A stretch of DNA of 64,000 bases, from assembly GCA_026914245.1 (NCBI GenBank), contig CP110439.1, forward strand, positions 248,001-312,000. Reading direction: 5' to 3'. Positions 13,145 to 25,153 of the stretch are shown piece by piece. Under the pieces are notes generated by a model. It did no database searches. It saw nothing but the letters and a program-made list of their open reading frames with translations, and was not told where the DNA came from. A program made the position numbers and the translations under genes. Position 1 is the first letter of the stretch, and every line of letters begins with the position of its first letter. This stretch comes from Puccinia triticina (Eukaryota).

Positions 13145-14720
13145 ATGGTTTGAATTCTCACACAGACCATGTCAAGCGGATTCTTTTCCCTTTCTTCTTT
13201 CCTTTCTATTGTACTCTGTTATGTTCTGTTACATTTACATTTTCTTTTTTTTTCTCTATCTAATTAACTACCTTTTCAACTTTCTCTCCGTTTTCATTTT
13301 TTTTCTTTATTCTTGGTTTCTTGGAGGGTAGGTCGGACATTGGTTTTCAACCAGGAATATTGCAACTTGCGGATTATCTTATTGGAGCAATTTTTTTTAA
13401 TCATCTATTGTATTGTTTTTGTATTTTATGGCATTAGTGGAGGATGTTCAGTTGTATTTTAACTGAAGTGTCTCAATTCTCAACTCTCAGTCTCAGCTAC
13501 CTGCCCCTGTGATATGGCAGTACATGTATGTAAATGCTTCAGCACCTGCTTCACATTGGTCAAAAGCAATATATTGGTATTATGGTGCTGAAGATGGCTG
13601 AATCTGTTGAATCTGATTTCAAAGTTGAAGAGATCAGTACTGTAGGTTTCCTGAAAGTTTAAGAAGAAATTGGAGAAATTCTGTTGAATTTTGTATTTTT
13701 TTATTGAATTAAGCAGTGATTATATCATACACTGGTACCAAACAGGGCCTAATTATGTGCTCTTAAACATGACAAAATGGCCGCGGGAAGCTCCGCTGTC
13801 AGTTTCCCAGATCAAGCATTACATAAATCAGGATGTCACCCCTTAATTACGTAAGCCCTGGGCGGCCACAAATCAGGCCAACAGTTTTGCACTTCGGTTT
13901 TCCTTTTGGACATTGGGTTTTGCAAATTTTACCCAAAGGTGTCAGTTGGTCTTCCCAACCTGGCATCTGTATCACATACCAACCTTCCAAATGACATGCC
14001 TCTGATTTACATACCCAAACAAAACACTGAAATAATTGTACAATATATAAACATTTTTGCACATGATTAAACATTGTGCCAAGTTATGAAAAAAAATCAA
14101 GGCAAGGCACCCCCTGGGGAGTGCCCCCAAATCCTCCCTGGTGAATCAATGTGGATAAAAAAGAGGGAAGGTTAAAAGGCCCAAGCGCAAAGTCTGACCA
14201 ACAATAAGGACATTACGGCAGAAGAAAATATACAAGTTGACTTACAAGTATAATAAAAATAACACTCAGTGGGAAATCAGAGTCCAATTAGGGGAACTCT
14301 AGAAATAAAAAGCATTAAGTGATAAAAAAACCTTGGTGACTAAGGGCAAATGATTGCCTGGGAGAATCAAACATGCTTTGGGGGATGGGTTTGGCCCTTG
14401 GTGCCACCCGGGCCTTGTGTTGAGGGGCATCTTCATTAAATTGCCAAGCTGGCCATGGTGCAGCAAGCAGAGCAGTTGTCCTAAATTTGGCTGGGTGGGT
14501 GGCGGGTTTATAATTCTTACTTTCTATCAGGGATGTTTTGAATCATATCTGGGTGTGTATTTGCAACAAAAAATTAGCAGATTCTATTTCCAAATGATTT
14601 TGGAAAATATTACAATGAAGTTTCAACTACCACATATAATTGGGCCCTAACTCAGAAAAATATTTTGCTTTCATTTTTGCTTGATAAGGGTTTGGATTAG
14701 GGATGGCACTTGGCACCCGC

Positions 14721-15852
14721 TGTAAAGCTCAAAAGTGTTCCTGAGAACCTTTTGCTGAGTGCGGAAAGGGATGTATGAGGAAACCTCTGCCTTTCCTGGT
14801 TCACTAGACACTAAAACAAGCCCACCAATCTCAGATTGGCAGGTTTAATGTAGTGATAGTGGAGTGTTATCAAAAGATAACTGTTGTTATAAAGTGGGTG
14901 CGATGAAGTGGCTAAAATGTGTTATGAGTGAGGAGTCTGGACTTCAACCAGATGATAGTTGGTCAAAGAGGACCCCTCAGAGGTTTGTGTTATGTAATGT
15001 GAGTGTTGTGTAGAGTTGTTATTTCGTATGTAAGTGTTTTGTAATGTGTGTAAAACCAAAATATAGGGTGACTGATATATTGTGGAGTGAGCAGTTGTGT
15101 ACTTTGTTATAGGGGAAACTGAGTGCAGGTAGTCTGCTAGTAGTCTGCTGGGGGGAAAGTTACAACAGGGGAGGAGAGCCTCCTTTTATAGACAACAGTG
15201 AGGGATTTTAGCTCCAGAGGAGCTCCACATGAGAGATTTTAGCTAGGTACATGAGGGTTTTTGGCTAGTACATATGTTGAATGGGTGAATGTGATTGGTC
15301 AGGACTGTACAGGTGATTATGGGTTATGACCTGCAGGCTGAATCAGGAGGTGTGATTGGTCAGGACAGGATGTTAGTGTAGTCATGCTGTAACCAGGTCA
15401 CCTGCTGTTGTTATGCAACGAAATTCCACTAGCGCATGCAGCTTAGTGCATGCAGCTATCACATGCAGCTAGCACCTGCATGTGTGCCTGCATGTGTGTC
15501 TGCATGTGTACACTGTATGTATGTAAGTGATGATGCAGCTATGTGTAAATATGTATGTAGCTATCTATGTAACCGTGTGTGTAACTAAGTGTTGTAAATG
15601 TGGAATGTGTAACTGTTTGAGGTTGTAAGGGGTGTTGTGAGTGTGTAAGAGTATGTAACTTCTGAATGAGTGCCCTTATGAATGTTCTGTAAGGCAAGAC
15701 TAGGGGTGAATTTGTCCCAAGAAGCTGAATCTTGAGGAGTATTAGGTGATTTATGAGAGGAAAAGGGAGTTTAAGAGTGAGACTAATAGAAATAAGAAAA
15801 AAAAGCAGAAAATTTTGATTTTGGCATATGGGATACCATAAAGCATACCACA
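14721..15852 (-). repeat. 3' LTR of the Gypsy element
   Basis: Matches 25154-26285 except one substitution that I could find (G15755 vs A26188). Confidence 0.97.
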
Positions 15853-16192
15853 TCCTCCCCCAACTTATTGTCTGTCCCCAGACAATTTCATTGTGAGGTT
15901 TACTTATGTTTTTATTTTGATGTCGAGTTCTGTTGAAATTTGTTGATGTCCGTGTTTGAGTTTGTAGGTTTGATGAGTTGATAGATGAAGAAAAGATATG
16001 AAAGAAAAAATATGTTGATTATTTGTATTTGTATTTGTTTTGTTTGTTTTATTTAGTATTTATTTTGACTGTTTTTAATAGATTTATAGGTTGTTTTGAT
16101 GACATGTATTTAATTATGTAGGATATTTTTTTAGTTTGATCTTTTTGTAGCCTAGTTATATCCTCTTTTTATTGATTGTGAAAGGGGTACTG

Positions 16193-16227
<35 letters not shown>

Positions 16228-16322
16228 TGGGTTATTTTTGAGTTTGTATTTTATGTGTTTTTCTAGTGAGAGTGTATTCTTTTTGGGTGGTGCGTGGTGA
16301 ATGGTGCTCTGCTTGGAAAGGT

Positions 16323-18129
16323 ATGTTTGTCGTGGCGCGCGGGTGTTGTCCTAGAGTCGCAGGGGGTGTAAGTGTTGCAGCCGCAGCTGCGACTCGTTTG
16401 AGTGTCGTCCAAGGGCAGAGCCCCCCCGCCGGGAACTCGTTGCTTGCCCAAAAAAGTGAGTTTTGGTATGTCCTAAACTGCGGCCGCTTCGCCTGCGCGC
16501 CGCGCCGTCCGCGCTCGTCCGTTCCGGTCCTCGTAGTTTCATCCAACCGGCCCGAGTATACATATACATATGCCCGGCCAGTTACATCCTTGCCGCTTGA
16601 TATCGATTTTGTATTCGTCTTCCAATCTTCTGACAGGTTCGATCGGATCATCCAGTGGGTAGCCAGTCGTCCGAGTAAGTTCTTTCCTTTCTTTAATCTC
16701 ACTTTGCTGACCTGCTGACTTCTAATTGTTCTTTGTGATCTTTTTTAGGTCATTTCGTGATGCGTGGGCCTTCTGCCTGGTACCGTGAAGGCTTCAGCCC
16801 CCCAACCGAGCTCAGTTATTGGTCAGAACTGAAGCCTCTCGACTCCCGCTCTATTCCCTTCTCTTCCCGGTGGTGGCCTTCGAACCATGGCCTGCTATTG
16901 GCCAGCAATGAGACCTTGGGGTGGGTCTCATTTCTGGAACGTTCTTCCCAGATTTTGAATACAGGTATAAGTACCCGATCCAGCCGCGAATCGCCGCTTC
17001 TCCTCAGCCATCTTCATATGTCTTGGCCCCCTCGTCCTCCAACACCGTATCCATTTGCTATCCCATCTCGTGTATCCCGCCTCCGAAGTCTTTCTGCCCA
17101 CATTGTTATACCTCCTGTGGGTCGTTTCCTTAGTGTAGTCGAGACCTAATTACTGAACTTCCTTCTCTTTTCTTTTATTCCTATCCGAGTAGATTATGGA
17201 AGACCCGACTGCCATTTCCATCAGCTCTGATTCCTCCGCTCCTATCAACACCAATGCTTCACCCATCGCCCCTCCAAGTTCCGCTCCCGGCATGGACCTT
17301 GACGAGGCCATTGCTCAGCCTGTTCCTGCCCCTGTGGGCCGCTCTATCCGTCAGCTTGAGCGCGAGATCTTTGGGAGAAGCCTTTCTCCCCCAACTTCTG
17401 AAGTTCGAGCCGCCATCCGCAGCGCGGAGGACGCCATATATCGTGCGCCTCCTCTCCGCTCTCGACGAGGTGGTCGTGCCCAAGCTCGTGCCTCTGGGCG
17501 CGTTCGTGGTCGTGGTCGTGGTCGTGGAAATGGTCGTGGTCGTGGTCGTGGTCGTGCAACTGGCAGCACTCGCGCCCGTACCGGTCCCGTAGGTTCCCTT
17601 TTGTTTCCTGCTTTATGAACCTTTTTGTTAAAAGTTTGAAACTAATCATGCTACATAGTTTTTAATCTCCAATCAAGCCATGATCAACCCGACTTTCACT
17701 CCTCCTCCAGCCGCTAGAGCTAGCACCCCCCGGGTTGATCCTGATCACCCGTATGTGAATCGGGTTCCCGATGAGCCCGTTGGGTCGGGGACTTCCAATG
17801 ACAACAGTTGGGTGGAGCCTCAAGTTTGTACCCGAACATGGGTGCCCTCCCCGATTCCATTCGGGTTCTATGACGTGGACGACTACCATCGCCTTGCCCC
17901 TCATCAAGTTGAGGCTTTACTCGACCACCGCCCCAACTTCGGCCAATACGATCAATACCGATTCGCCCCGCAAGCTTACACTGTCTTCTATCAAGAGCTC
18001 GCCTCCGCCATGGTCGGTCACTTCACTCGATACCTGGCGGCCAATGCTTTGGAGAGAGACGGCCGTGTCCAACTCTTCCGATTCGCCTCTCGCCGTTACC
18101 GCGCTGCCATGCGTCGTGTTCCATTCTAA
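16323..18129 (+). CDS. spliced antisense accessory gene inside the Gypsy element, RG-repeat protein of unknown function
   Basis: GT-AG introns 16675-16748, 17117-17192, 17589-17658 join four separate ORF-track ORFs in frame: 528 aa from ATG 16323 or 407 aa from ATG 16760. Start uncertain. Confidence 0.75.
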
Positions 18130-18849
18130 GTACGTGTGTGTTTTTTTTTTTTTTTTTCTTTGGCTTTTGTGGTCCTTAAGCTGATGACTTCGTTTGCCGT
18201 TTCAACCTCGTTCCGTCTTCAGATGCCACCTCCTTTGGTGATGGACATCTCATAGGGGTAAGAAAAGTATAAAACAGAAAAAAATCAATAGATAACAACA
18301 AAAAAATCAAAAAAATTTGGAGATACGAGTCTAAAACCTAAAAAATTATTTATGTAGCTTCTTTTGTTGGCCCTCCTGCTCTAGTGAACATTTTAAGTCC
18401 TAGTAATCTACTCCAAACCCCTCCCCCAACTTAAAAATGGTTGTCCTCAACCTATATGTGCGAGTTGAGATCCTTTGAGAGAGAGAAGCAGAGAGAGCCA
18501 AAGAGAGAACTGGGAGAATAATATAGATGAGAGAAAATAAGGGGAAAAGATTCAAGGATGAGAGAAGTGAGAGCACCTCCCCCAACTTATAAGATTGAAA
18601 CTACTAAGATTTAAGATTCAGAGTAGGGTATTTTTATGTTGATTTTTGAAGTGAGTCTTTGATGTTTTTGATGAGTTTATAATGATTTTTGATTTTTATG
18701 GTTTTTCCAGATTTAGCAATAATTTGACTTGGTAAAGATTTCTAAGAGAAGAAAGTTGATAGAAAAGAAAGTGAAAGAAAGGTTTTATTAGCTATTTCTT
18801 AAGGTTAGTATTTGAGGTTGAACAGTTTAGTCTCATGCCCAGGAGATCA

Positions 18850-21800
18850 TGCTCAATCAGAAGCATCCAAATCCTCTTCATCAGAAGAATGTAAACTTTC
18901 TTCATCTTGACTGTTGGGCTCAGGATCTTGTTCATCATTAATAACTTGATCCAAAGGCCGCCCACGAGGGTAAAATCACTTGATGTGAGATGCCGCATAA
19001 TTTCGGTGGAGCTCTGTTCCATCCAACTCTTCTAGTGAGTAAGATCCTTTTGGTAGTTGTTTCTTGATCCTAAAGGGACCATTCCAGCGGTTCAAAAATA
19101 ATTTTCCCCACTGATCTTCCAAACTTTTATTGTAGATGAGAACTAGTTCGCCAGAATCCAAGGGTCGTCGTAATCGTGCCGCCATTTTCCTATCCCAATA
19201 CCGGACAGAAGCTTCTCTGGCTTTCATCATCTTGGTGTGAGCTTCTTCCAGAATTTCTTCCCGTCGTTCGAGTTGCATCGCCCGAGCTTCCAAAAGTTGT
19301 TCCGTAGTTTTGATTGCTAACCAATCTATTCCTAAATAGGTGTCCATTTCCAAGTCCACTGGCAAAACCGGCAGTTGTCCAAATACAAGTTTGTAGGGAG
19401 TTTGTCCAGTGGTCCGTTTTGTTGAGATTCTGTCTGAAAATAAAACTAGTGGAAGGTACTCTCGCCATTTTCCGCCAGATTCGCCACACATTTTGACCAG
19501 AGCATCCTTGATGGGTCGATGTCCACGTTCAATCATTCCATTTGCCTCCGGGTAGTAAGGTGTTTTAGGTTTCAGCGTTGCTCCAATACTTTTCACAGCT
19601 TCAATGAAGTCTTCTTTAAACTCAGCGCCGTTATCCACTGTGACTGTCTTGATTGAACCATACCTGTAGACCCAGTTTTCCAAAAGAAACTTGGCTACAT
19701 TGCTTGCATTGAGTTTCACCAGAGGGGCGGCCTCAACCCATCCAGATAAGTCGTCCCGTGCCATGATAAGATATTTGTATTGTCCAGCTTTGATGTGGCA
19801 TGCGTCCAGAGCCACTCGTCCAAAGATGTAGCTATCCCCAGTTGGATTTCGAATTTCTCTAGGTACCGTTGGATCCCGCTTTTGACAAGCTTCACAGCTC
19901 TGAACCCAGTTCTTGACCTTCTTCTTCAGGCTGGGCCACCAAAACCGAGTTACCAATTGCTGATAAGTTTCTTCTATTCCACGGTGCCCCAGTTCTTTGT
20001 GAACCTGCCGGAGTAATTTTTCTTGATAGGTGTCCTTGGAGATTACTATTTGTGGAGAGGGTGAGTGTTTTCTCATGAGTCGTCCATTGCTACTGAAGAA
20101 TTTAGCTGAGTTCCGTCGTAATTTTGCAAAATCCACTTTGTCCATTCCGTCCGGTGGTTCCAAGGTTTCCAGGTAGTGTCGAAGGTTCCTCCAATATCCT
20201 GGAGACTCCCATTCCTTGAGCTCTAGAACTGTTGATTGAGTACAAATTCTGAAAGTGTAACAAGGTTTGATCAGAGGTTCCTCCTTGTCAAAGTCATCCT
20301 GGTCCTTGTAGAATTCCTCGTTGTTGCTAGAAATAGGGCGCCTTGAAAGCCCATCCGGTAGTGTGAAAGTTTTCCCAGGTTTATGAACTATGTTGTAAGA
20401 AAATAGCTGAATAAAAGACACCCATCGAGTCATAGGTGCGTTGGGCAACGATGGGGAGTTTATCATTTGAATTAATGACTTGGCATCCACTTGGAGTTCA
20501 AAGTGTTGGCCCCAGAGGTAAATCTGTAACTTCTTTAAAACCCTAGCTACTCCGCACAACTCCAACTTAGGCTGAGAGTATCGTGATTCCACTGGTGAAA
20601 AAACTATTGATTCGTACAGTATAGGTCGATCCAATCCAGTCTTGAGTTCTTGCTGCATCAACACCGCACCTGCCGCTATGAAGCTCGAGTCAACCGCCAG
20701 TTTAATCAACCCTGCGTCCTCCGAGTAATCAATGCTTTTGAGTACAATGTCTTTGCCGATTATTTCCTTGAGCTGCTTGAAAGATTGATTGCATTTATCC
20801 GTCCAAATCCATTCGGCGTCCTTCCTGGTGAGCTGTCGTAAAGGTGCTGCCTTTTCTGACAGGTTTTCGATAAATATTTGTACGTAGGTGATTATTCCAA
20901 GAAATCCGCAAAGTTCCGTGACATTCAAAGGGGTTGGCCAGGTTAATATCTTGTTTTTCTTTTGTGTAGAAACTTGTTGTCCAATCTGCGAGACCACGTG
21001 TCCAACAATATCCAGAGCCGGGACACAACAAGAGAACTTCTTTCCAGAAACTGTGAGTCCAGCTTCTTCTACTCTAAACAATATGCGTTCGAGTGTTTGA
21101 GCGTATTCCCAGATAAATTTTCGAATCCCAGGATTTTCCTCCAGAGTTTGTCCACCGTATGTTGATCTTGGTCCTTTGATGCCTCCGTTGTCAATGAATA
21201 CCCCCACATGTTCTGGAATCTTGTCTTGCAGAATCCACATCATCTGGGCCTGGTATACCGCCACTGAATTTGTTGCGCCTTGAGGTAATCGAGTGAGTTG
21301 AAATCATCCCAATGGAGTGTCAAAAGTTGTGAGAGGCCTTGATTTGTCCGCTACTTCCCGTTCGTCGTATCCTCCCATGATATCACCAAGTCCATAGCAA
21401 GCTCTTCCAGCGAAGGATTCAATGAATTCTTCCGTCGCAGGAGGTAAGCCAGCATCTTTAATCGTCACTTTGTTCATTTCTTGTAGATCGTGTACGATTC
21501 TAAGTTTCCCGTTGTGTTTGGCAACACAAAATACTGGACTTGAATAGCTTGAGGTTGAGGGTTTGTAAAGTCCGGTCCTAATTTGTTCGCGTACTAATTC
21601 CGTGTATTCTTCCTTAATTGCTGCCGGAATAGGTATTGGTTTCTTCTGCCATGGAGTATGTTCTACCACTGGTATGACATAGGGTAAGCCATAGGAGTGT
21701 TTCAACAGTCCACGTTCTGCCGGGCAGAATGCTAAAGCATTTTGTCGGATAGTAATGAGATGTTTAAATAATTTTATTTCCTCTGGCCAGAGCCAACCTT

Positions 21801-23165
21801 CAGGTCCAAAATTGATGACTTTCAGACGTTCTTCGGTTATTTTTGCTGTAGGTCAAAACTCTGGTGGGTTTGGTATTAGAGGTGTTTTATAAGGATCTCG
21901 TGATAAGGTAGGTTGTTGAAGAGGTGGATTAATTGACTGTGGCATAGCTTGGTTGATAGGTCAAACTTTCTTGGCAACCGGTTTGTATTTAGTCATACAC
22001 CACAAGTTATCTTCTTTCCAATTTTTACAGAGATCTTGCTGCGCTGAGGCCCCTAGTCCGGTGACTAGTAAACTATTGATTTGTAAATCTTCATCCAAAG
22101 TCAGAGGTTGAATTGTGATCTGAGGTATGTTTTTCTCCTTTTCCGGTTTTTTCCTGAGATGCAGGCACATGTTCTTAACCCATCCCAGCTTCTTTGATAT
22201 TTTAGATTGAATTTTGATGGAGTCGGTGTCATTCGAGAAGCGTGACTGATTCGGGTGCTGAGTCATGTAAGCTGTTGTTTGTGCCGATTGTGTGGGGTTT
22301 TGTCCTAGATTTTTCAATTGATTCCATCCTCGTCCTTGTCCTACTTTAGCGATTGGTACCGTAATCCTTCGTCCGCTGTCGCCTTGAAAAGATAGAAATT
22401 CGCCCGAGCCTGGATAGTCCAACGTGCAGTCGTAGTCGAAAAGGAAAGGTCGTCCAAGGATACACTCTTGAGCTTGAGGTCAAACGAAGAGGTGTACGGG
22501 TCCAGAGAATCGCCCAATTCCAAGGGTGCAGTTTTCCACTACTCCTTTGATATCACATCTTTCCCCGCCAATGCCTCTCATTGGAATTTCTACTTTGACT
22601 ACTTCTAGATCTAGATCAATTGCCGCCTGGCTGGGGATTACGTTAACCATTGATCCTGAATCCACCATGAATGGTACTTTTTGTCCGGAGATTTTAGTGT
22701 CGATAAATCCCAAAGCACAACTGTAGTAACAGTTATATTCCGAGTCTTCTTCCTCTTGGTTGAGTAACATTGAAGCTGAAACTTTAGGATCTGATTTTTT
22801 TCCGTTCCTGTATGACATTGCAGAAGTTTTGTACCCTGGAATTCAAGTTTGAAGTTTGTTGATAACTTCTTGAGCCTAAGTTGGGGAAATCGCCGTAAGT
22901 TGAGAAAATGTGGTTGGTATCTTCAAGTTTTCCAATTCCATGACCAAGGCTGCTTCCGCTGATTTTTCTCCTTTTGTGAGAACTGATTTCTTATTAGGGT
23001 CCAAGATCTGTCCTGGCGTTTTCCTGGTTGCCGGTACTTCTTGAATGACCTCTTCTGGTCCGTCTTCTGGGTCCACGTCCATTGCTGAGTCATCCGCTTG
23101 TGCCGGGGGCTTTCGTCGTCCACGGAGCGCTTCTGCTCTAGTTGTCGCCACATTTGCTTCAAGTT
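18850..23165 (-). pseudogene. Gypsy pol (protease, RT, RNase H, integrase) with premature stops
   Basis: PR VDSGS; RT SPVFCVAK..KLRIVHD, GDIMGGY and FIDN (dead FIDD); RNase H VDSS..AAGAVL, YSQPKLEL; IN H..H..C..C zinc finger, DNG, GPF. In-frame stops near 22876, 22480, 21961, 21853, 21304, 18976. Confidence 0.95.
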
Positions 23166-24584
23166 TTACTTTTTCGAAGTTTGCTGATCCCAGTCAATTT
23201 TGTGCATTGAAGAGGTACAGTTGGATTCTTGCTGAGTTTCTTCGCTGTTGATTGAAAACACAGCTGGGTGATTGGTTCTGAATGCTGCGTTGACTTGGGT
23301 TTTAGGTTTTGCGGAGTCCGCAGCTACCACCGTTCGAATGGGTCTGGAGGGATTCCAAGGAATTTCATCCCCATTAGGTAAGCAGAAGTCCTTTCCCTCC
23401 CGCTTTACTAAGCCTTCTCTTTCATCTTTCTGTGCTTCATAACACATGGATGTTGGATGACCTTCTCGATGGCAGTAAGCACAAGGTTGAGCTTCGTAGA
23501 GTCGTCCACTTGGTCGGTTGTTTCCGCAAGAGTATTCCGCCTTGGGTGGGTTTGTTAACTTGCCAGTTAGAGCATCAATTGCTTTTGCCAGACTGTCAAC
23601 CTGCTTTTGAAGCACCTCAGGTGGGTTTTCTTCCACCATTTTCTCACGCTTCTTGCTGTCACCTTTTTTCTCGTCCAACTTCTTCTGCATTGCTCGATTG
23701 GCTTCACTGAACCCGCTTCCTACAAACGTCTCGTCTGCTGCAGCTTGGACTTCATCCTCAGCCACATCCATCAAATCTTCTAGGTGGGGCGTCTTGGGAT
23801 AACCATCCTTGCCATAGGGAATCAGGTCTTGCTTGACCATTTCGTGTTTGATCGACTTCTGTAATTCTTTAGAAAAAGCCATAAAAAAAAGGTGAGTAAC
23901 ATCTTGTTGATCTCTAATGTGCTCATTAGCAACCAAATACTTTGTTATTAATAAAAATTTTGATTTGTAGTTTTTGTATTCTTTAAATCCTTTGGGTCCA
24001 CCAGCCTTTGCTTGTTCATCCACAAAGTTTTGCAGATCCCGGATGGTGAATCGAATTTTTGCATGGGTGTCGCCCCATATTTCCTTCATGCTGCGCCTAA
24101 GCATGTCCCAGTCTCGTTGTTTGTAACCGTCCATCGATTCCAGTTCCTGCTTCAGGTCTTCTGGTCCCACAAAGCTGCAAATCTGTCGAACCATATCGTA
24201 GCCTTCTGCTCCGTAAACTTCCGCCGCCAGTTCAAATTGGTCCAGAAATTCCTTGAAGTTTTCGCCATCGTATAATAGGTTTGCCGCCTTGATGATTGTC
24301 ACTTTTCTTTTGGGCTCTGCCCTGGGTTGGTTGTTGCCTTCAGGATCCGCCGGCAAGCCATAAGTTCCAGGAGGGTGAGTCTGATTATTTTGTTGAGTAT
24401 TTCCATTGTTGGCCAGCCTTCCGCGATATATCCTTGTTCGAGTATGAGACATTGGTCGTGGAGGTGGTGGATCAACATTCATTCTTGTGTTCTGACTGTT
24501 TTGAGTTCCATTAAATAGTCCGAGTGGATTTGGATTGTTTGTTGGTAGGACATTTTCCAAGTCTTCAGCTTGTGGAAAAGCCAT
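23166..24584 (-). CDS. Gypsy gag
   Basis: 472-aa ORF with CCHC knuckle CAYCHREGHPTSMC, upstream of the protease; the frame appears broken near its 3' end. Confidence 0.88.
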   Translation of the reverse strand: MAFPQAEDLENVLPTNNPNPLGLFNGTQNSQNTRMNVDPPPPRPMSHTRTRIYRGRLANNGNTQQNNQTHPPGTYGLPADPEGNNQPRAEPKRKVTIIKAANLLYDGENFKEFLDQFELAAEVYGAEGYDMVRQICSFVGPEDLKQELESMDGYKQRDWDMLRRSMKEIWGDTHAKIRFTIRDLQNFVDEQAKAGGPKGFKEYKNYKSKFLLITKYLVANEHIRDQQDVTHLFFMAFSKELQKSIKHEMVKQDLIPYGKDGYPKTPHLEDLMDVAEDEVQAAADETFVGSGFSEANRAMQKKLDEKKGDSKKREKMVEENPPEVLQKQVDSLAKAIDALTGKLTNPPKAEYSCGNNRPSGRLYEAQPCAYCHREGHPTSMCYEAQKDEREGLVKREGKDFCLPNGDEIPWNPSRPIRTVVAADSAKPKTQVNAAFRTNHPAVFSINSEETQQESNCTSSMHKIDWDQQTSKK

Positions 24585-25153
24585 GTCCGAGTTTTAAATG
24601 ATTCCTTGTTAATTTGTTTTCCGCTAGTAGGTTCGATTTTTGCTAATAGTCGTCCTAAAAAATTGGTCTCTGGATTTTTTCCAGGGCAAGTTGGGGGGGT
24701 AATTCACTAAAATAATACTAAAAAACTAAATAATATGATACTACTTTATTCTTCAACTATGCTAATAGTCAGAGGTTGTCATAGACTTAATAATGTGCTA
24801 TATTGAGTTTTGTACGGCCACCACTTTGGTGGTTAAAATCTATATCCTAAGGCTCAATATGACAGTTTCGCCGGTCCCCTCGTTTTCTATGTTATAGGTG
24901 ATTTTGTCGAGTATTTAACTATTTAATCCGGATTCGTACTAGGGTTATTTACTAAACTATTGGTGCAAACTAATTTGGAAGTGTTAAAACGGAGATATGG
25001 TCCTTGCACTTCGCCAAAAACAGGTAAGTTCTCCTGCCGTAAACTAACTAAATTCACTAAAAAATATGCTAATAAAATTTTGCTACAGTAGTTCAAGATG
25101 TATATTGAGCCACTTGCTAACAACAGGATCCTCTATCACGTTGGGGACTCCCT

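Noticed and set aside
15539..15853. 104/114-aa hydrophobic ORFs at 15539 and 25972
   Set aside because: Both lie within the LTRs; their identity just reflects LTR duplication.
16194..16224. Long poly-T as a retrocopy tail
   Set aside because: The adjacent gene retains introns and is on the strand where the tract is upstream; no TSD.
18976..22480. Programmed stop readthrough in pol
   Set aside because: Multiple stops plus the FIDN active-site change fit CpG decay better.
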